This document shows, one piece after another, positions 13,321-26,747 of a stretch of 64,000 nt of DNA. The translations under genes and the position numbers were made by a program. The stretch lies in NCBI RefSeq assembly GCF_006345805.1, contig NC_042998.1, positions 167,152,001 through 167,216,000 on the forward strand, given 5' to 3'. Below the pieces are notes generated by a model that did no database searches, was not told the origin of the DNA, and saw only the letters and a program-made list of their open reading frames with translations. The first letter of the stretch is position 1; each line of letters begins with the position of its first letter. The stretch comes from Octopus sinensis (Eukaryota).

Positions 13321-14012
13321 AGTATAAACATTAATAACGACAATGATGACGACGAGGTTACCTACGGCTGGTGGCGATGATAATAATAAAGATGGCTGCG
13401 ACGATGACGACGATGACGACGATTATGAGAGTGATAATGATGATGATGATGATTTAGAGAATAATAATAATATAATAATAATAATAATAATAATAATGCT
13501 TCACAGATCTAAATGTTTATGCAGGTGTGCTTTAATTTGTATTGGAGTTTCGCTTTCTTTCGTTCTTTCTTTCTTTCTTTCTTTCTTTTCATAGGGTTCT
13601 GTATCTTGTGGTATTTGACAGTAGAGTTATTTCTATGATTGCTTGGTAGAAGAATGTATGTCGTTGTCTTTCATTGCTATTGTTGTTGTTTTTGTTTTTC
13701 TTGGGTGGTGGTGGTGGGGACAGGTTTCAATGTATTGGCCTCACTATTATTTCATTTCTTTTCTTTATTCTCTTCTTAAAATAAAATTATTTTTGAATAA
13801 ATAAAAGAACACAAGAGAGAAGGAGAGAGAAAAAAAACACTTCCCTCACCCTCACCCTCCCAACACCCCTAATAAGAATAAAAAACAGAGAAAAGAAAAA
13901 AATTAGGCACGTCAAAATTTTCTCTGAGAATAAAAGATACAAAAATTAAGGGAAAGAGAAAAAAACACAAAATTTTTGAAAACAAGATGGTTGCTATTTA
14001 TTTCTAACTATA

Positions 14013-14170
14013 CGAGGGGTTGCTGAAAAGTTCCTGGCTTTAAGGGTTTCGAGAAAGGCCTGGTTGGAGGCCCAAGTGTGTGAATCTGAAAAAGGAATAT
14101 GTTGAATAAAATTATAATTAATTGATCCTGCTGATTTTCTTTTACCTAAAGCCAGGAACTTTTCTGCAGA
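14013..14170 (+). mobile_element. Mariner-derived MITE, copy 1
   Basis: TA|cgaggggttgctgaaaagttcctggcttt ... aaagccaggaacttttc TIRs. Confidence 0.8.
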
Positions 14171-14178
14171 CATTCTTT

Positions 14179-14213
<35 letters not shown>

Positions 14214-14227
14214 ACACACACACATTG

Positions 14228-17200
14228 CTGAATGACCCGGCGTTGCCAGGCTTACTGCTGTTCTTAATCGGATTAGTAAACAATAAATATAAAGATGTAT
14301 TCACATAATTATTTCAAAATATTTATATTTTATTTTTTAATATTCAAAAGTGTAATGATAATAGAATTTATAACTGAAAATCTGTCAATGTTGAAGTACC
14401 TCGGGGTAAACAATATTCATTGTGTAATTTTTTCGTTGGTGTTGAAATGAATAAATTGTAGCTATTTTCATCTCCCGAGCAAGCAGCATAGAGAGATCAA
14501 ATTCAACTACCTTGAGGGATTGACCCTAAGATGTATTTATTGAAATACCAAAACTTAGTTTGACTGGTAACTGAAGTAACTTAAATTCAAATGGAACATC
14601 TGTAGGTATCAGAGGAGCTTTGGGAATAAGGACATTTTCTCCTTTGTGACTACCTCTTATGACTGTTGCCTGTAGGACATGGAGCTTCATGGAAGTAACA
14701 ATTAAGCGAATTCCATTACACAGGTGAGATGGGTGAAGATTCCTAAGCAACATAATGGGAGCACCCAGTTTTAGTGTCAAGTTATGAGGTGACATCCCAG
14801 TGGGTTTAAGTACGTTCAGTAATTCAACAGGGTATTGAACAACCTGATTTTGATCTACTGTTGTTAATTGATAGAAAAGTCATTTCTGATGTATCTGTTA
14901 ACTTTTAAAGAAGTTTATAATTGAGTTTATCAACAATTTCATTAGCTGGCGCTAGTATAACTGTTTCATACAGCCAGTTTACATCAGTGTAATTGACAGA
15001 TAAATTAGGAAATACTTTATCCATAAGATCCCTAGGAGAAAGTATAATTTGACCGCATGCAATTTCATGTAGCTGAAGTCTTGGGCTGAATGTTAATATC
15101 CCATTACCAATCTTAAAAAGTTCGTATGATAACCTTGTAGAAGTACTCTGATGTTGCTTGTAACATGAAGTTTTTGAAAGTCCCCAAAGATAAGATTTTT
15201 TGAAGCATGCATTAATCTAATCAGCTTTTGATCTTTTGGGGATAACTGGCGACGTTTAATGAAAATCTCATGCAAGGTGAACTGTTACTCCTCCCATGAA
15301 CGTGCTATTCTGTTTTATGTCTTGGGTACGGTCAAATGCCTCTGGAGCTCTACGATGTAGCAATGCACTCATCCCAAACAATGACACAACTTTGTTGGAG
15401 AACTGTTACTATTACAGAGTTTCTGGAAATGTTGCACATTTGAGATTCATTCATTGCAAGGTTTAGAGGGAGCCTGAACATGAAATAAGCAGTTCTTTCC
15501 TCATTGAGGAGGGTAGCTACAATACCAGAAGATGTAACAATGGAAGATTTTATTTTCTCCCATTTAGGATTGTAGGTGAAACTTACAAAAAGATCTGGTT
15601 TTCCATATGTCCTGACATATTCCATAGCATCTTGCGTTCTTCGTGCACATATCGAAGACCACGTTGCCCCATGTTTTGAATATCACCATCTGTCCTCAGA
15701 GCATCTTGGAGATGAACATCATTTTAGTCAGCTATTTTTTATTGTTACGAATATAGAAGAGACGCTAACTCTCAACTTTAGCATACATATCAAGTAGGCA
15801 TTGCTGAAATAGATCACGGTACATTTGTAATTGATTTGATTGTTCTGGTCTTAACCTCAGTTGGTAAGAATAAAAGTCATTTGACAAAACCTTTTTTTGT
15901 TTGTAATTTGCTCTCCTGTTGCAGGTTCAATCTGTGGAAAATCGAAATGATATCCACCTTATCCATTCCACAGACTAAGAGGATACTGGAGAGCATCATA
16001 AAAGGGTAAGAATAAAAGTCATTTGACGAAACCTTTTTTTTTGTTTGTAATTTGCTCTCCTGTTGCAGGTTCAATCTGTGGAAAATCGAAATGATATCCA
16101 CCTTATCCATTCCACAGAATGCTGGAGAGCATCATAAAAGGGATGAGCTTCTGAAACACGTTTATGGATGTTATTATGAATGAGAATATCATGATTTTCA
16201 TGGAGATCACCTACTATAAGGGTGGCTATTTCATTAGATGTAGGATCATTAAAACGGCGTAAAATGTCCTTTATTATAGCTTACTATAAACATAACGAAC
16301 GCGGAAGCACAGACACATAGACACTCATAGAATTGATAATATTGAAAACAGCAAAACGTGCACACATGAAGTTCAAGCGAAACGAAATGTAGTCAATATA
16401 GGTGCAAAATATACTTTCTGTAGCATACTTATGCTATTAAAAAGTTTTTAGGGAATATTTCCAAAAGAAATATTCCAGCGTTGGAAAGTCACCAATTTAG
16501 CAAAATTACTATACGTCACTAATGTAACAAAATAAAGAAAGTTAACATTTATTTGGAATATGTATTAAATGTTATAAACTTCAGGATTGAAAGTCACTGT
16601 AAAGAAAGTCAAGCTTTAAGAAAATTCAGAAGACATAATTCAATTTTTCATGCAAAAATAATTTACTATTTTACAATTTTTAAACGAACACTGAACAACG
16701 TGTATACAAAGGAATATGTTGCTGTTTGGAACGTTAATTAATGGGAAACATTTGCTGAAGGATGTATGTAGCACGACATAAATTAATTTGACATCACTTA
16801 CTATATAATTCAAGTGTGTAAGTTTATTGGTTGTAGAATGAATATTGACCAACGCATTAAAAAGGTTGTGCTGTGTTAAATACTCACATTGATAAAGCAG
16901 CATATCCGGAATACGATAAAGACACCAAGATTGTTTAAAAAAAAAGCATTATCTTCAAACTGGAATAACATTTCTGTAATTATATTGAAAGAGCCTCTAC
17001 GGCTTTCTACTTCGGCAAGTTTCCGAATTTGTTATAATAACCAGAATAACATTTTCAGATATATTTGCGAGTGCTGTGAGTGTTTGTTATAAAAACCAGA
17101 ATAATATTTCAGCTCATAAGTAGTGATAATCGTTAAAGCTGTTTAAACCGCAACTCTTGATGATGGAAAGGAAAACCCAAAATCGTACTTTAAAGTGAAC

Positions 17201-17790
17201 GCTGTTGTTCGTTCAACGTCCAAGCCGCAACTAAACTAAACTCTTTCAAAATCGGGCGTTTCACTGTTGGACAGTATAGTCACTTACATATACTAAGACA
17301 GACACAAACAGACATATATTCACGCACACCTCAAACCTCTGCGTGTTTGTCTAAGTCTTTAGATGTGTGTGTGTGTGTGTGTCTGTGTGTGTGTATGTGT
17401 GTGTGTATGTCAATGGTCACAAAAATGTATGTATACTGACACACACATACACCGTCACACAAATATACTCCTCAGTCATCGGCCTAACTTACGTAACGAA
17501 GGCACAAACACACGCACACTGTCAGGCACATATTCACACAGAAAATGTGACGTGGTAGTCGTCGTCGTCGAATAAAATGTCGTTTATGATAGCTCACTTA
17601 GAGAAAGATTATAATGTTAAATTTTTTCCGATATAAATATGTCAATGAAAATAAAGTTTATTTGATAGCAGAAAGATTACGGAATCTTTTGATACCTCAT
17701 ACGTCAAAATCGGCAACTCAGTTTTCGAATCCATAAGGAACATTCGCACAGACACACAAACAAATACAAACTTTCTTTTATATATATACA
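14228..17790 (-). mobile_element. Old, AT-rich, internally deleted Helitron
   Basis: 3' hairpin remnant acccggcgttgccagg at about 14235; PIF1 motifs (GAPIMLLRNL, LCNG, VWDEC, SSGIVATLL); Rep motifs (YGKPDLFVSFTYNPKW; RRFNDPTSNEIA at about 16260). Putative 5' end tttatatatataca near 17790 is tentative. Confidence 0.8.
14520..16270 (-). pseudogene. Helitron Rep-Helicase remnant with stops, frameshifts and a large internal deletion
   Basis: ORFs 14526-14795, 15093-15275, 15350-15625 and 15877-16110 translate to recognisable Rep/PIF1 segments. Confidence 0.85.
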
Positions 17791-17820
17791 TATGTATCTA
17801 TACACACACACTTTGATATA

Positions 17821-18035
17821 CCAGGAGGTGCTGAAAAGTTCCTGGCTTTAAGGGTGTTGCGTAAGGCCTGTCTGGTGGCCCAACCTTCCGAGTACTTTTG
17901 TAGAACTTAGAAAAACTGAAGGGCCGCTGCAATAAGTGTGTGAATCTGAGAGGGGAATATGTTGAATGAAATTGTTAACTGCTCCTCCTCTATTTTCTTT
18001 CACCCAAAGCCAGGAACGTTTCAGAACCCCACTCG
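17821..18035 (+). mobile_element. Mariner-derived MITE, copy 2, retaining transposase C-terminal codons (EKLKGRCNKCVNLRGEYVE*)
   Basis: TIRs ccaggaggtgctgaaaagttcctggcttt / aaagccaggaacgtttcagaaccccactcg, TA on both sides. Confidence 0.85.
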
Positions 18036-18427
18036 TATAGTCTAACTACTACTACACCATTTTCACCTCTGCCACAAACATTTCCGCTGCCAACAAGAAA
18101 AACGACACAAACGTTTCTATCACACTTATTGGGAACACCATCGTGGCTTCAACCTTTACTACTATTACTTCAACAACAATAACAACAATAACAGCAACAA
18201 CATCAACAAAAGACAACAATAAGAAGAAGTAGGCAAAATAGTAAATGATTCTTATGAAGGTTTAATCAAATACTGTGCACCTGTGATCTTAAAAGAAGAA
18301 ATAGTTGACATGGGAAATATCTCCTACATTTTCAAATGCTATTTCATGCCTTAAATCTGCTAAGCTATTTGCGTATTTACGTTTATAATTATTTATTGGT
18401 TTGTTTGTCCTAATTAGTATCTTATTC

Positions 18428-18460
<33 letters not shown>

Positions 18461-18652
18461 CTATGGGTTTTTTTCACTTTCTGCCTGAATTATAATAAAA
18501 GATAATAAAAAACGGAAATTAGAGGTTTAAATTTTTGCGTTTGCAGAAGTGTGTTTGTGTATGTATGTATGTATGTATGTATGTATGTATGTATGTATGT
18601 GTGTATGTGCATGTGTGTGTGAGTATGTGTTCGCGCGTGTGTAATATATGTG

Positions 18653-18688
<36 letters not shown>

Positions 18689-18781
18689 GAGAGAGAGAGA
18701 GAGAAAGATGAATAGATATGTTTGTGTGCGGGTGTGTGTGCACATGCATATTATATATATGTATACGTAATATACATTTAC

Positions 18782-18865
<84 letters not shown>

Positions 18866-19484
18866 ACACTTCGACTTAAACGGGTGTATGTATGTACTTA
18901 CGTACTTATATATGTATGTATTCATGTATGTATATATTATGTTTTGTCTGTCTGTCTGTATGTATGTATATTGTAATTAAATTCCTGAATATTCCGTACA
19001 AAATAATGATTTGTAACACGAGTACGAACACTAAATCATTTCAATTGAACGGAAAACGTATCCAGGCATAACTAATCCAAAATATGTTCGTAAGTAATAA
19101 GGTAGAGAATAGCGTAAAGCTTCAATTGGCATTACAGATAAGATTGAAATGGGGAAATATCGCATTCAAAGTCTATAACAAAAACATTCATAACACAATA
19201 TTCAACCTTATAGCAAGTTGGATTACGGCTAAACCTAACCAAACGGCGACCTTTACTCCCGTACGTGTGTGTGTGTGTGTGTGCGTGCATACATACATAC
19301 ATACATTTAAAAAATATTTTTGTTTCTTTCAGTCATTCGACTTAGGTCATGCTGTTTATATTTTCTTTAAGCCTGGTATTTATTTTAACGAGGAAGTGAC
19401 GAGGACGTAACCAAAGCAAGATCGGTTGTCAAGCGATGGTAGGGTGGGGAACATGAAGCAAATACATAGGTATACACATATGTA

Positions 19485-20015
19485 GCGGATGCGGTGAATA
19501 TATTGTTGTCTAAATTACACTGACATCTATTATATATTTACCAAAATTCCATTAAAATATCTTGAAATACTAAGAGTAAATTTATTCATTAAATTGCCAT
19601 TGGTTTCAACCACAGTCTGCAGACGACTTTGGAATCTCCTGCAAAACTTCTGGATAGTCTCTTTGTTTAAGTTGGTGAATGCTGCCATAATCCTTGCCGT
19701 CAATTCATCTTTGGTGTTACAAAGAGTTCTGCAGGTCTTTCGCTCAACTGCGCCCCACAGATAATAATTAAGGGGGTTGAAGTTTGGGGACTTAGGTGGC
19801 CTGATGTTAGGGGTGATGTGGTCGGAGAAATTGTTAGACAGCCATGACTGGGTTCTCCTACTTGTGTAGCATGGTGCAGAGTCCTGTTGGCAAACAGAGT
19901 CTTCCAGCAGGCACCCTTTTGCCCCCAGTACAGCACTACCTCCTCCAGGTACTTGATGTAGTCCTCTGTGTTGAGTCTGAAGCCAAGATGGATGGAAGCA
20001 TAATGTCGCCTTCAC
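19485..20015 (-). pseudogene. Tc1/mariner transposase remnant, DD37D (maT-like) spacing
   Basis: QQDSAP...PPKSPNFNPLNYYLWG; 37 residues counted between the second D and the third catalytic position (here N). Confidence 0.85.
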
Positions 20016-20059
20016 TCAAGATATATATATATACATATAAAGTTAATCCAAACAAGAAA

Positions 20060-20383
20060 GCATAGAAAAAAACACAGCAACGCGAGGACGTGGAACAATT
20101 AAAGTATTATTTGACGCTTAGGAAAGAAGGGAAGGAGGGTTTAACGTTTCGAGCGGAGCTCTTCGTCGGAAACAAAGGAGAAGGAAAGATCCCGAGAAGG
20201 GAAGACAGAGGCAAAAATTTTTTTTGCTGGTGGTGCTCATATATATATATATATATATATATTACGTGATCACGTGATCACGTGACCGACCTGACCATCA
20301 GATGTTTTACACATCGCTTGTCACAATGCGTTCGCATTGTTTTAGCCTTCAAATGACGCCACTCCGCTGGCTAAGCGAGCAGG

Positions 20384-20390
<7 letters not shown>
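20060..20390 (-). mobile_element. SINE-like 3' half, microsatellite linker and Penelope-like tail with hammerhead-like motif
   Basis: Minus strand 20173-20139 reads GTTT CCGACGA A GAGC tcc GCTC GAAA CG TT AAAC. Confidence 0.6.
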
Positions 20391-20479
<89 letters not shown>

Positions 20480-21086
20480 ATATATATATATATCTTACAT
20501 ATATAAATATATACGTAGTGAATTTGATAAAAATGAAACTATTAAAAGTGAAACTATTGATAGTGAAACCATATAAAAGTGACACTATTATATCACATTA
20601 CAACAGAGATGTTATTGTTTTACTTTTGACACCTAATACCGAACAGTCTAAGCTGAAAATTGTTTTGGACCTTGACACTCCATGGATCCTAAATAATGCA
20701 TGCGTAAAGCTTGAATGAAATCGGTTGGGTAGTTCTCGAGTTTTAGTGATGATCAGACATACACATATGCACACTCACACATGCACAGACAACCCAGTTA
20801 CATCATGCTATAAATCGTTTTCTTAAGATGAATTAAAATTTGAAAAACTTTAACAATATCAGATTTTGCACATAAAGAATGTAAAATGTATTTTGACACT
20901 CTTCATCTCTGTGACGATGGAGACAGAGAGAATATGCCCGTGTGATTTTACATATATATGAGTATTTATATTGATGAGTATACTGATCTCTCCATGAGCA
21001 TGTATACCTAAGTGACAGGACAAGTTCGTATATAAATTACCATGTGCGTGAGAGCGGCATGTATACATGGATAGGCTATTCTCGGC

Positions 21087-21235
21087 CAGGGCCGGCTCTA
21101 GGGTTGCTGGCGCCCCAGGCAAGCTGAACTTCGGCGTCTACAAACTGACGGTCGTGGAAATTTCCTTGTCTTTGTCACGCCCTCCTTGATGCCCCGGACA
21201 ACTGCCCTAGTTGCCGGTATCTTGAGCCGGCCCTG
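21087..21235. mobile_element. GC-rich MITE (hAT-like termini)
   Basis: Perfect 12-bp TIR cagggccggctc / gagccggccctg; no clear TSD. Confidence 0.7.
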
Positions 21236-21557
21236 CTTCGACACTACCTTGATATTCTTATTATTAAAATGCCTTGATTCTATTCATTCATTAACTGTAT
21301 ATTTACGTACATACTTGAGGTCAGGAAGTCAATAAGAGACAAGGAAGCAAACATTTCCAAGAGATCTGAGTTAAGTGAGCAACGAAAATCACCAAATATT
21401 CTCACTCACATTCTCTCGACTTTGACCGGTACATCTGACGATATCACTGCACATCTGCGCCTATGAAGCTTTCAGTAACGTGTAATTTGGGGTTAAATCA
21501 AATTTATTACTTAGAGTTGCCACTACATTTCTTTCGTTTGTTTACCTCTGTGTGTGC

Positions 21558-22065
<508 letters not shown>

Positions 22066-22644
22066 GTGGACATGGCCTGAGCCCAAGAAACTTCAAGGAA
22101 TGTACAGCTGATTAAATTGTTGAGTGTTAATTTCTTCCATTTGCTCACTCGTATTTATTTAATGTATGTATGTCATTGCGTGTATGTTTTTGTGTGTGTG
22201 CATGTATACATGTATGTATGTATGTATGTATGTATGTAAGTATGTATGTATGTATGTATGTATGTATGTATGTATGTATGTATGTATGTATGTATGTATG
22301 TGTGTGTGTGTGTGTATGTGTGCATGTGTTTGTGTATGCGCGTGTGTAACATATAGGTTATAAATTTCGAACTGGTATCATGTATAATCTATCTCAAGAT
22401 ATCTCGAAATATTACGTAATAAGAAAAGAAAAGTCTACAATGTTTTTATTGATAAGGTTATACAAGAAAAAGTGAAGTTGTTGAAAGTGAAACCATATAA
22501 AAGTGACACTATTATATCACATTACAACAGAGGTGTTATTGTTTCACTTTTGACACCTAATACCGAACAGTCTAAGCTGAAAATTGTTTTGGCCCTTGAC
22601 ACTCAATGGGCCCTAAATAGTTCATGCGTAAAGCATTCTTGTAA

Positions 22645-23035
22645 CTTCTGAAAACTTGAACATTGCGTCCATCTTTAGGTTCTGAGTTCAAATTCCGCTG
22701 AGGTCGATTTTTACCTTTCATTCTCTCGAGATCGATAAAAATAAGTACCATTTAAGCACTGAGGTCGATGTATTCGACTGATAACTTCACCTGAAATGAC
22801 TGGCCTTGCGCCAAAATTTGAAACCAATTTTATATCAGTAACTAAGGTGGCAAGCTCGCTTAATCGTTAACACACCGTACAAAATGCTTGGCATCTTTTC
22901 TTCCGGCTTTACGTTCTGAATTCAAATTTCGCTCAGATCTACTTTACTTTTCATCCTTTCGTGGTCAATAAAATTAAGTACCAGTCAAGCGCTGTGATCG
23001 ATATAATCGACTGGCCTCCTCGTTCCAAACTTTAA
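22645..23035 (+). mobile_element. Two tandem SINE family B copies
   Basis: ttctgagttcaaattccgctgaggtcg and ttctgaattcaaatttcgctcag cores, head to tail. Confidence 0.8.
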
Positions 23036-23847
23036 ATTTGTGGGGAGGAAGCCAATCGTAGTTTTATTACTACTGGGTAAATAAGATTAACCCTTTTAAA
23101 TAAGGCATCATTGTAATACAGTGTTCGGGCTAAATTTGACCGTTTGCATGAAAGGAAAATGATCATTCTAGTGAAATTCAACTTGGGTCTGTCGCAGAGT
23201 TTCTCAGATTCTCTTCAAATTTACATCTTTTCTTAGTATCCATGAGATGAGTAATTTCTGGAAATTTCACTCAGCTCCATAGCTATCATCAGTCACATTT
23301 TATGGGCATTTAATGTTTTAGGCAATTACCGGAACTTTCGAAATATTCAGTTTCTTATACTTTTGGGGCCGATCATTCCAAATAGGCTTGATAACATAGC
23401 TTGGAAAGTATGTTTCTTTAATCTTCCCCGTCTCAAGTCTCTCAGACATTAAAAGTCAATTATTTTAACTCAGTCAATGTAGAAGAAATGCCTACCGAAA
23501 ATTTCAAAAAGCTCACGTCTTGGATCTATTAATTAAAATAAAAATTAAGTTTAGGCAGATATTACTTAATAGCAACAGTTGGTGAGCATCTTTTATGTTC
23601 TCTAATCTTACAGTAAGTTCTGGAATCTTAACACAACACATGAATTCACTTCGCAAAAACCAGTTTTCTTTTGTGAGGTTAAATTAAAAGGTTTGTGAGG
23701 TTAGATTAAAAAACCAATTCTATCCTGCACTGTAGTCAATTTTTCTTTTCTCTCTCTCTCTCTCTCTCACACTTTCTCTCTCTCTCTCTCTCACACTTTC
23801 TCTCTCTCTCTCTCTCGCTTGATCACACACACACACACACACACACA

Positions 23848-23900
<53 letters not shown>

Positions 23901-24479
23901 TGTCGCTCGGAAAGAAAGCGGCTGAGTTTATACCTGTGTAATCAATTGTAATGCTTATTTATTCATACTGTTTTGAATTTATCATGCAATATCTACTTTA
24001 GCTTCGAGATTTCAATGTTTTTCTTTATTACTAGAGTAACATTGTAGCGTAGGTCTGAGAGGTCAAACTTGGCCGAATTGAACATAAAACAGGTAGAATA
24101 TTTGGACTGATATAGCCGATTGAATGCTAAACGGTTAATAGGATCGACAAAACGTATGTCATGAAGGCGCCCGTATGACTATGTCAGGCCTTTTGGGCGG
24201 CACCCTGGAAGCTGCTGTTTATGAAGCTTTCCTATATTGTTGTTGAAAGCTCGAAATAGGTAGTAATTAACAGTCGACAACTGAAGAGGAGTTAGACTTC
24301 TTTTGGTTATTTGTCCCGTAGTTGTCTCTCATGTATTTACGTATTTTCCACTCATTGGTGATATCCTGTTTTTATTGTATTTTTTTTCGGTAATTTGTCC
24401 TGCACTTATCGCTCGTGTATCTTATCACTCGTTGGTGATGTCCTGTACTTGATGTATCTTATACTTATTCATATACATT

Positions 24480-24492
24480 CTTATATATATAT

Positions 24493-24526
<34 letters not shown>

Positions 24527-24545
24527 ATATATATATATATATGTA

Positions 24546-24581
<36 letters not shown>

Positions 24582-24631
24582 TGTATGTATGTATGTATTT
24601 CTAAATAGAATTTTTCCCTGTAAGTTTGGAA

Positions 24632-24665
<34 letters not shown>

Positions 24666-25300
24666 AATACATATATATATTTATGTATGTACACATTTGT
24701 ACTTGCATATATGTGTGCATGAGCGTGTATTCGTTTGTGTGTGTGTGTATTTGTGTGTGTGCGTGCGTGTGTGAAATTCAGATTCAAGGTTAGTCTGAAG
24801 AAAAAATATATAAATTGTTACCACGTGTAGAAGAATAACAGACAACTCTACAGGAAGCTGTGAGACATACACTTGTATAGATGTATAATTAGGTTTATGC
24901 ATATACCACTATGGGTACTGATATGCATACATACATACATACATACATACATACATACATACATACATACATACATACATACACATACATACATACATAC
25001 ATACAACATACATACATACATACATACATACATACATACATACACATACATACATACATACATACAAACATACATACATACATATATACATACATACACA
25101 CATACATACATACATACACACATACATACATACATACATACATTCAGAGACAGACAAACAGAGAGACAGATTGACAGATAGACACATATATATATGTGTG
25201 TGTGTGTGTGTGTATACATATATATACACACACATACACACACGCACACACACACATACATAGACACATGCATATATACATATATGTCGCTATGCATTTA
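24480..25300. repeat. Compound (TA)n/(TATG)n/(CATA)n microsatellite block
   Basis: Direct read; source of the MYVC/HTYI ORFs. Confidence 0.95.
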
Positions 25301-26599
25301 CATCACTATATATGCGTACGTGCCTCTGACACTCATTGTTTTCACAAATCATCAGAACCTCATATTAACGTCTAGCTTCCATAACCGTGATTATAATGAT
25401 ATATTTTGCCCACTTGTTTTTATTAAAGCAACCCCTACGCTCCTCTCTGATCTATGAAGGCTAAACTCTTACTAGAAGCACAATTTCGTGATTTTCTTTC
25501 AGGCACTATATATTTATCAGTGTTTTGTCGACAATGTATTTCAATTTTCTTTTCTAAACTATATGGATGTGATTTGAGTGAGATTTGGCTGTTTCATCAA
25601 ACAGGTCGAGTGATCACATAGAGCGTGTCTTATTGTTCTTGTTGTTAATACTAACTAATTCTTAACAATATTGGCATTGTTGGTAGTTGGAAATCTATTA
25701 CTGAGATATGTTTTTTATTACTTTAATATATTTATATATAGGTTACTGTAATTAGTTATACGAAAGAGAAAGAGAGGAAGACACACGTTTGTGAACCAGA
25801 GAGTTGCTGTTTCTTGCAATACATACATCCAGAGCAGAACTTTTTCAAGGACCCTTAAAATATTCTGCGTCCCCAATTTACTATTTTGCTTATATAGTCC
25901 CCCAAAGGTCTTATATGGACCCCAAGAGTTATATGAATCCATACTGAGGACCACTGCATTAGAGGATATTGTCAGAGTCTTTGTTCATTGAGCTGTTGCA
26001 GATTTGAAAATGAGGGACATCAAGAGTGCATGCGGATAACACTTTGGTGCAGAACGTTAAGTAACTGAATGGTTGTACCAACATCGGAGGTGTGGATTAC
26101 CTTTGCGGTGACAGCAAGTACATGGTTTTTTTTTTATACAAGCAATGTGACGGATAAAATTGAATCCTAGGATATGCCAGTGTTGTTAGAGTGTAGTGAA
26201 GAGAAAATTCCCGCATGGTTGCGGAGTATGAAATCCACTATCGGAACTAAGAGAAGAATATTATAATAAATTGGTAGGTAATATTGACAGGAGATTTTCA
26301 TGACAGACACGATCGAATGCTCTTTTGCATGTCGATGGTGACGATACTACTTTCACGAATTTTTCGAGGGCATAAACACATTAGTGAATGACCAAAGATG
26401 TAGGGGTTTTTAATAGAGCTAACTTTACAGAATACATATTAGTATACATTTGTGTGTGTGTGCGTGCGCACACACACACATACACACATACATACATACA
26501 CACATACATACATGCATACATACATACATACATATATACATACATACATACATGCATACATACAGAGCAGAGGAAGGGGAGACAGAAAAAAAGAAAGAA

Positions 26600-26747
26600 A
26601 GAGTTTGAGAGAGATTTAAGATACCGGAAGCTGAACACGTCTTTTCCATCAAATTTTCAGAGTCCGGCTTACCAAGTTAGTCCATCGGAAGTCTTTGAGT
26701 ACAATTGTCAGCGCTGTTAGAGTAGAAGCGGTAGGCTTTAGTAATGA
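26600..26747 (+). mobile_element. Tx1/L1-type LINE ORF2 fragment, left of the Helitron insertion
   Basis: AVRVEAVGFSN(D) joins in frame with 32939 onward when the Helitron is removed. Confidence 0.7.
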
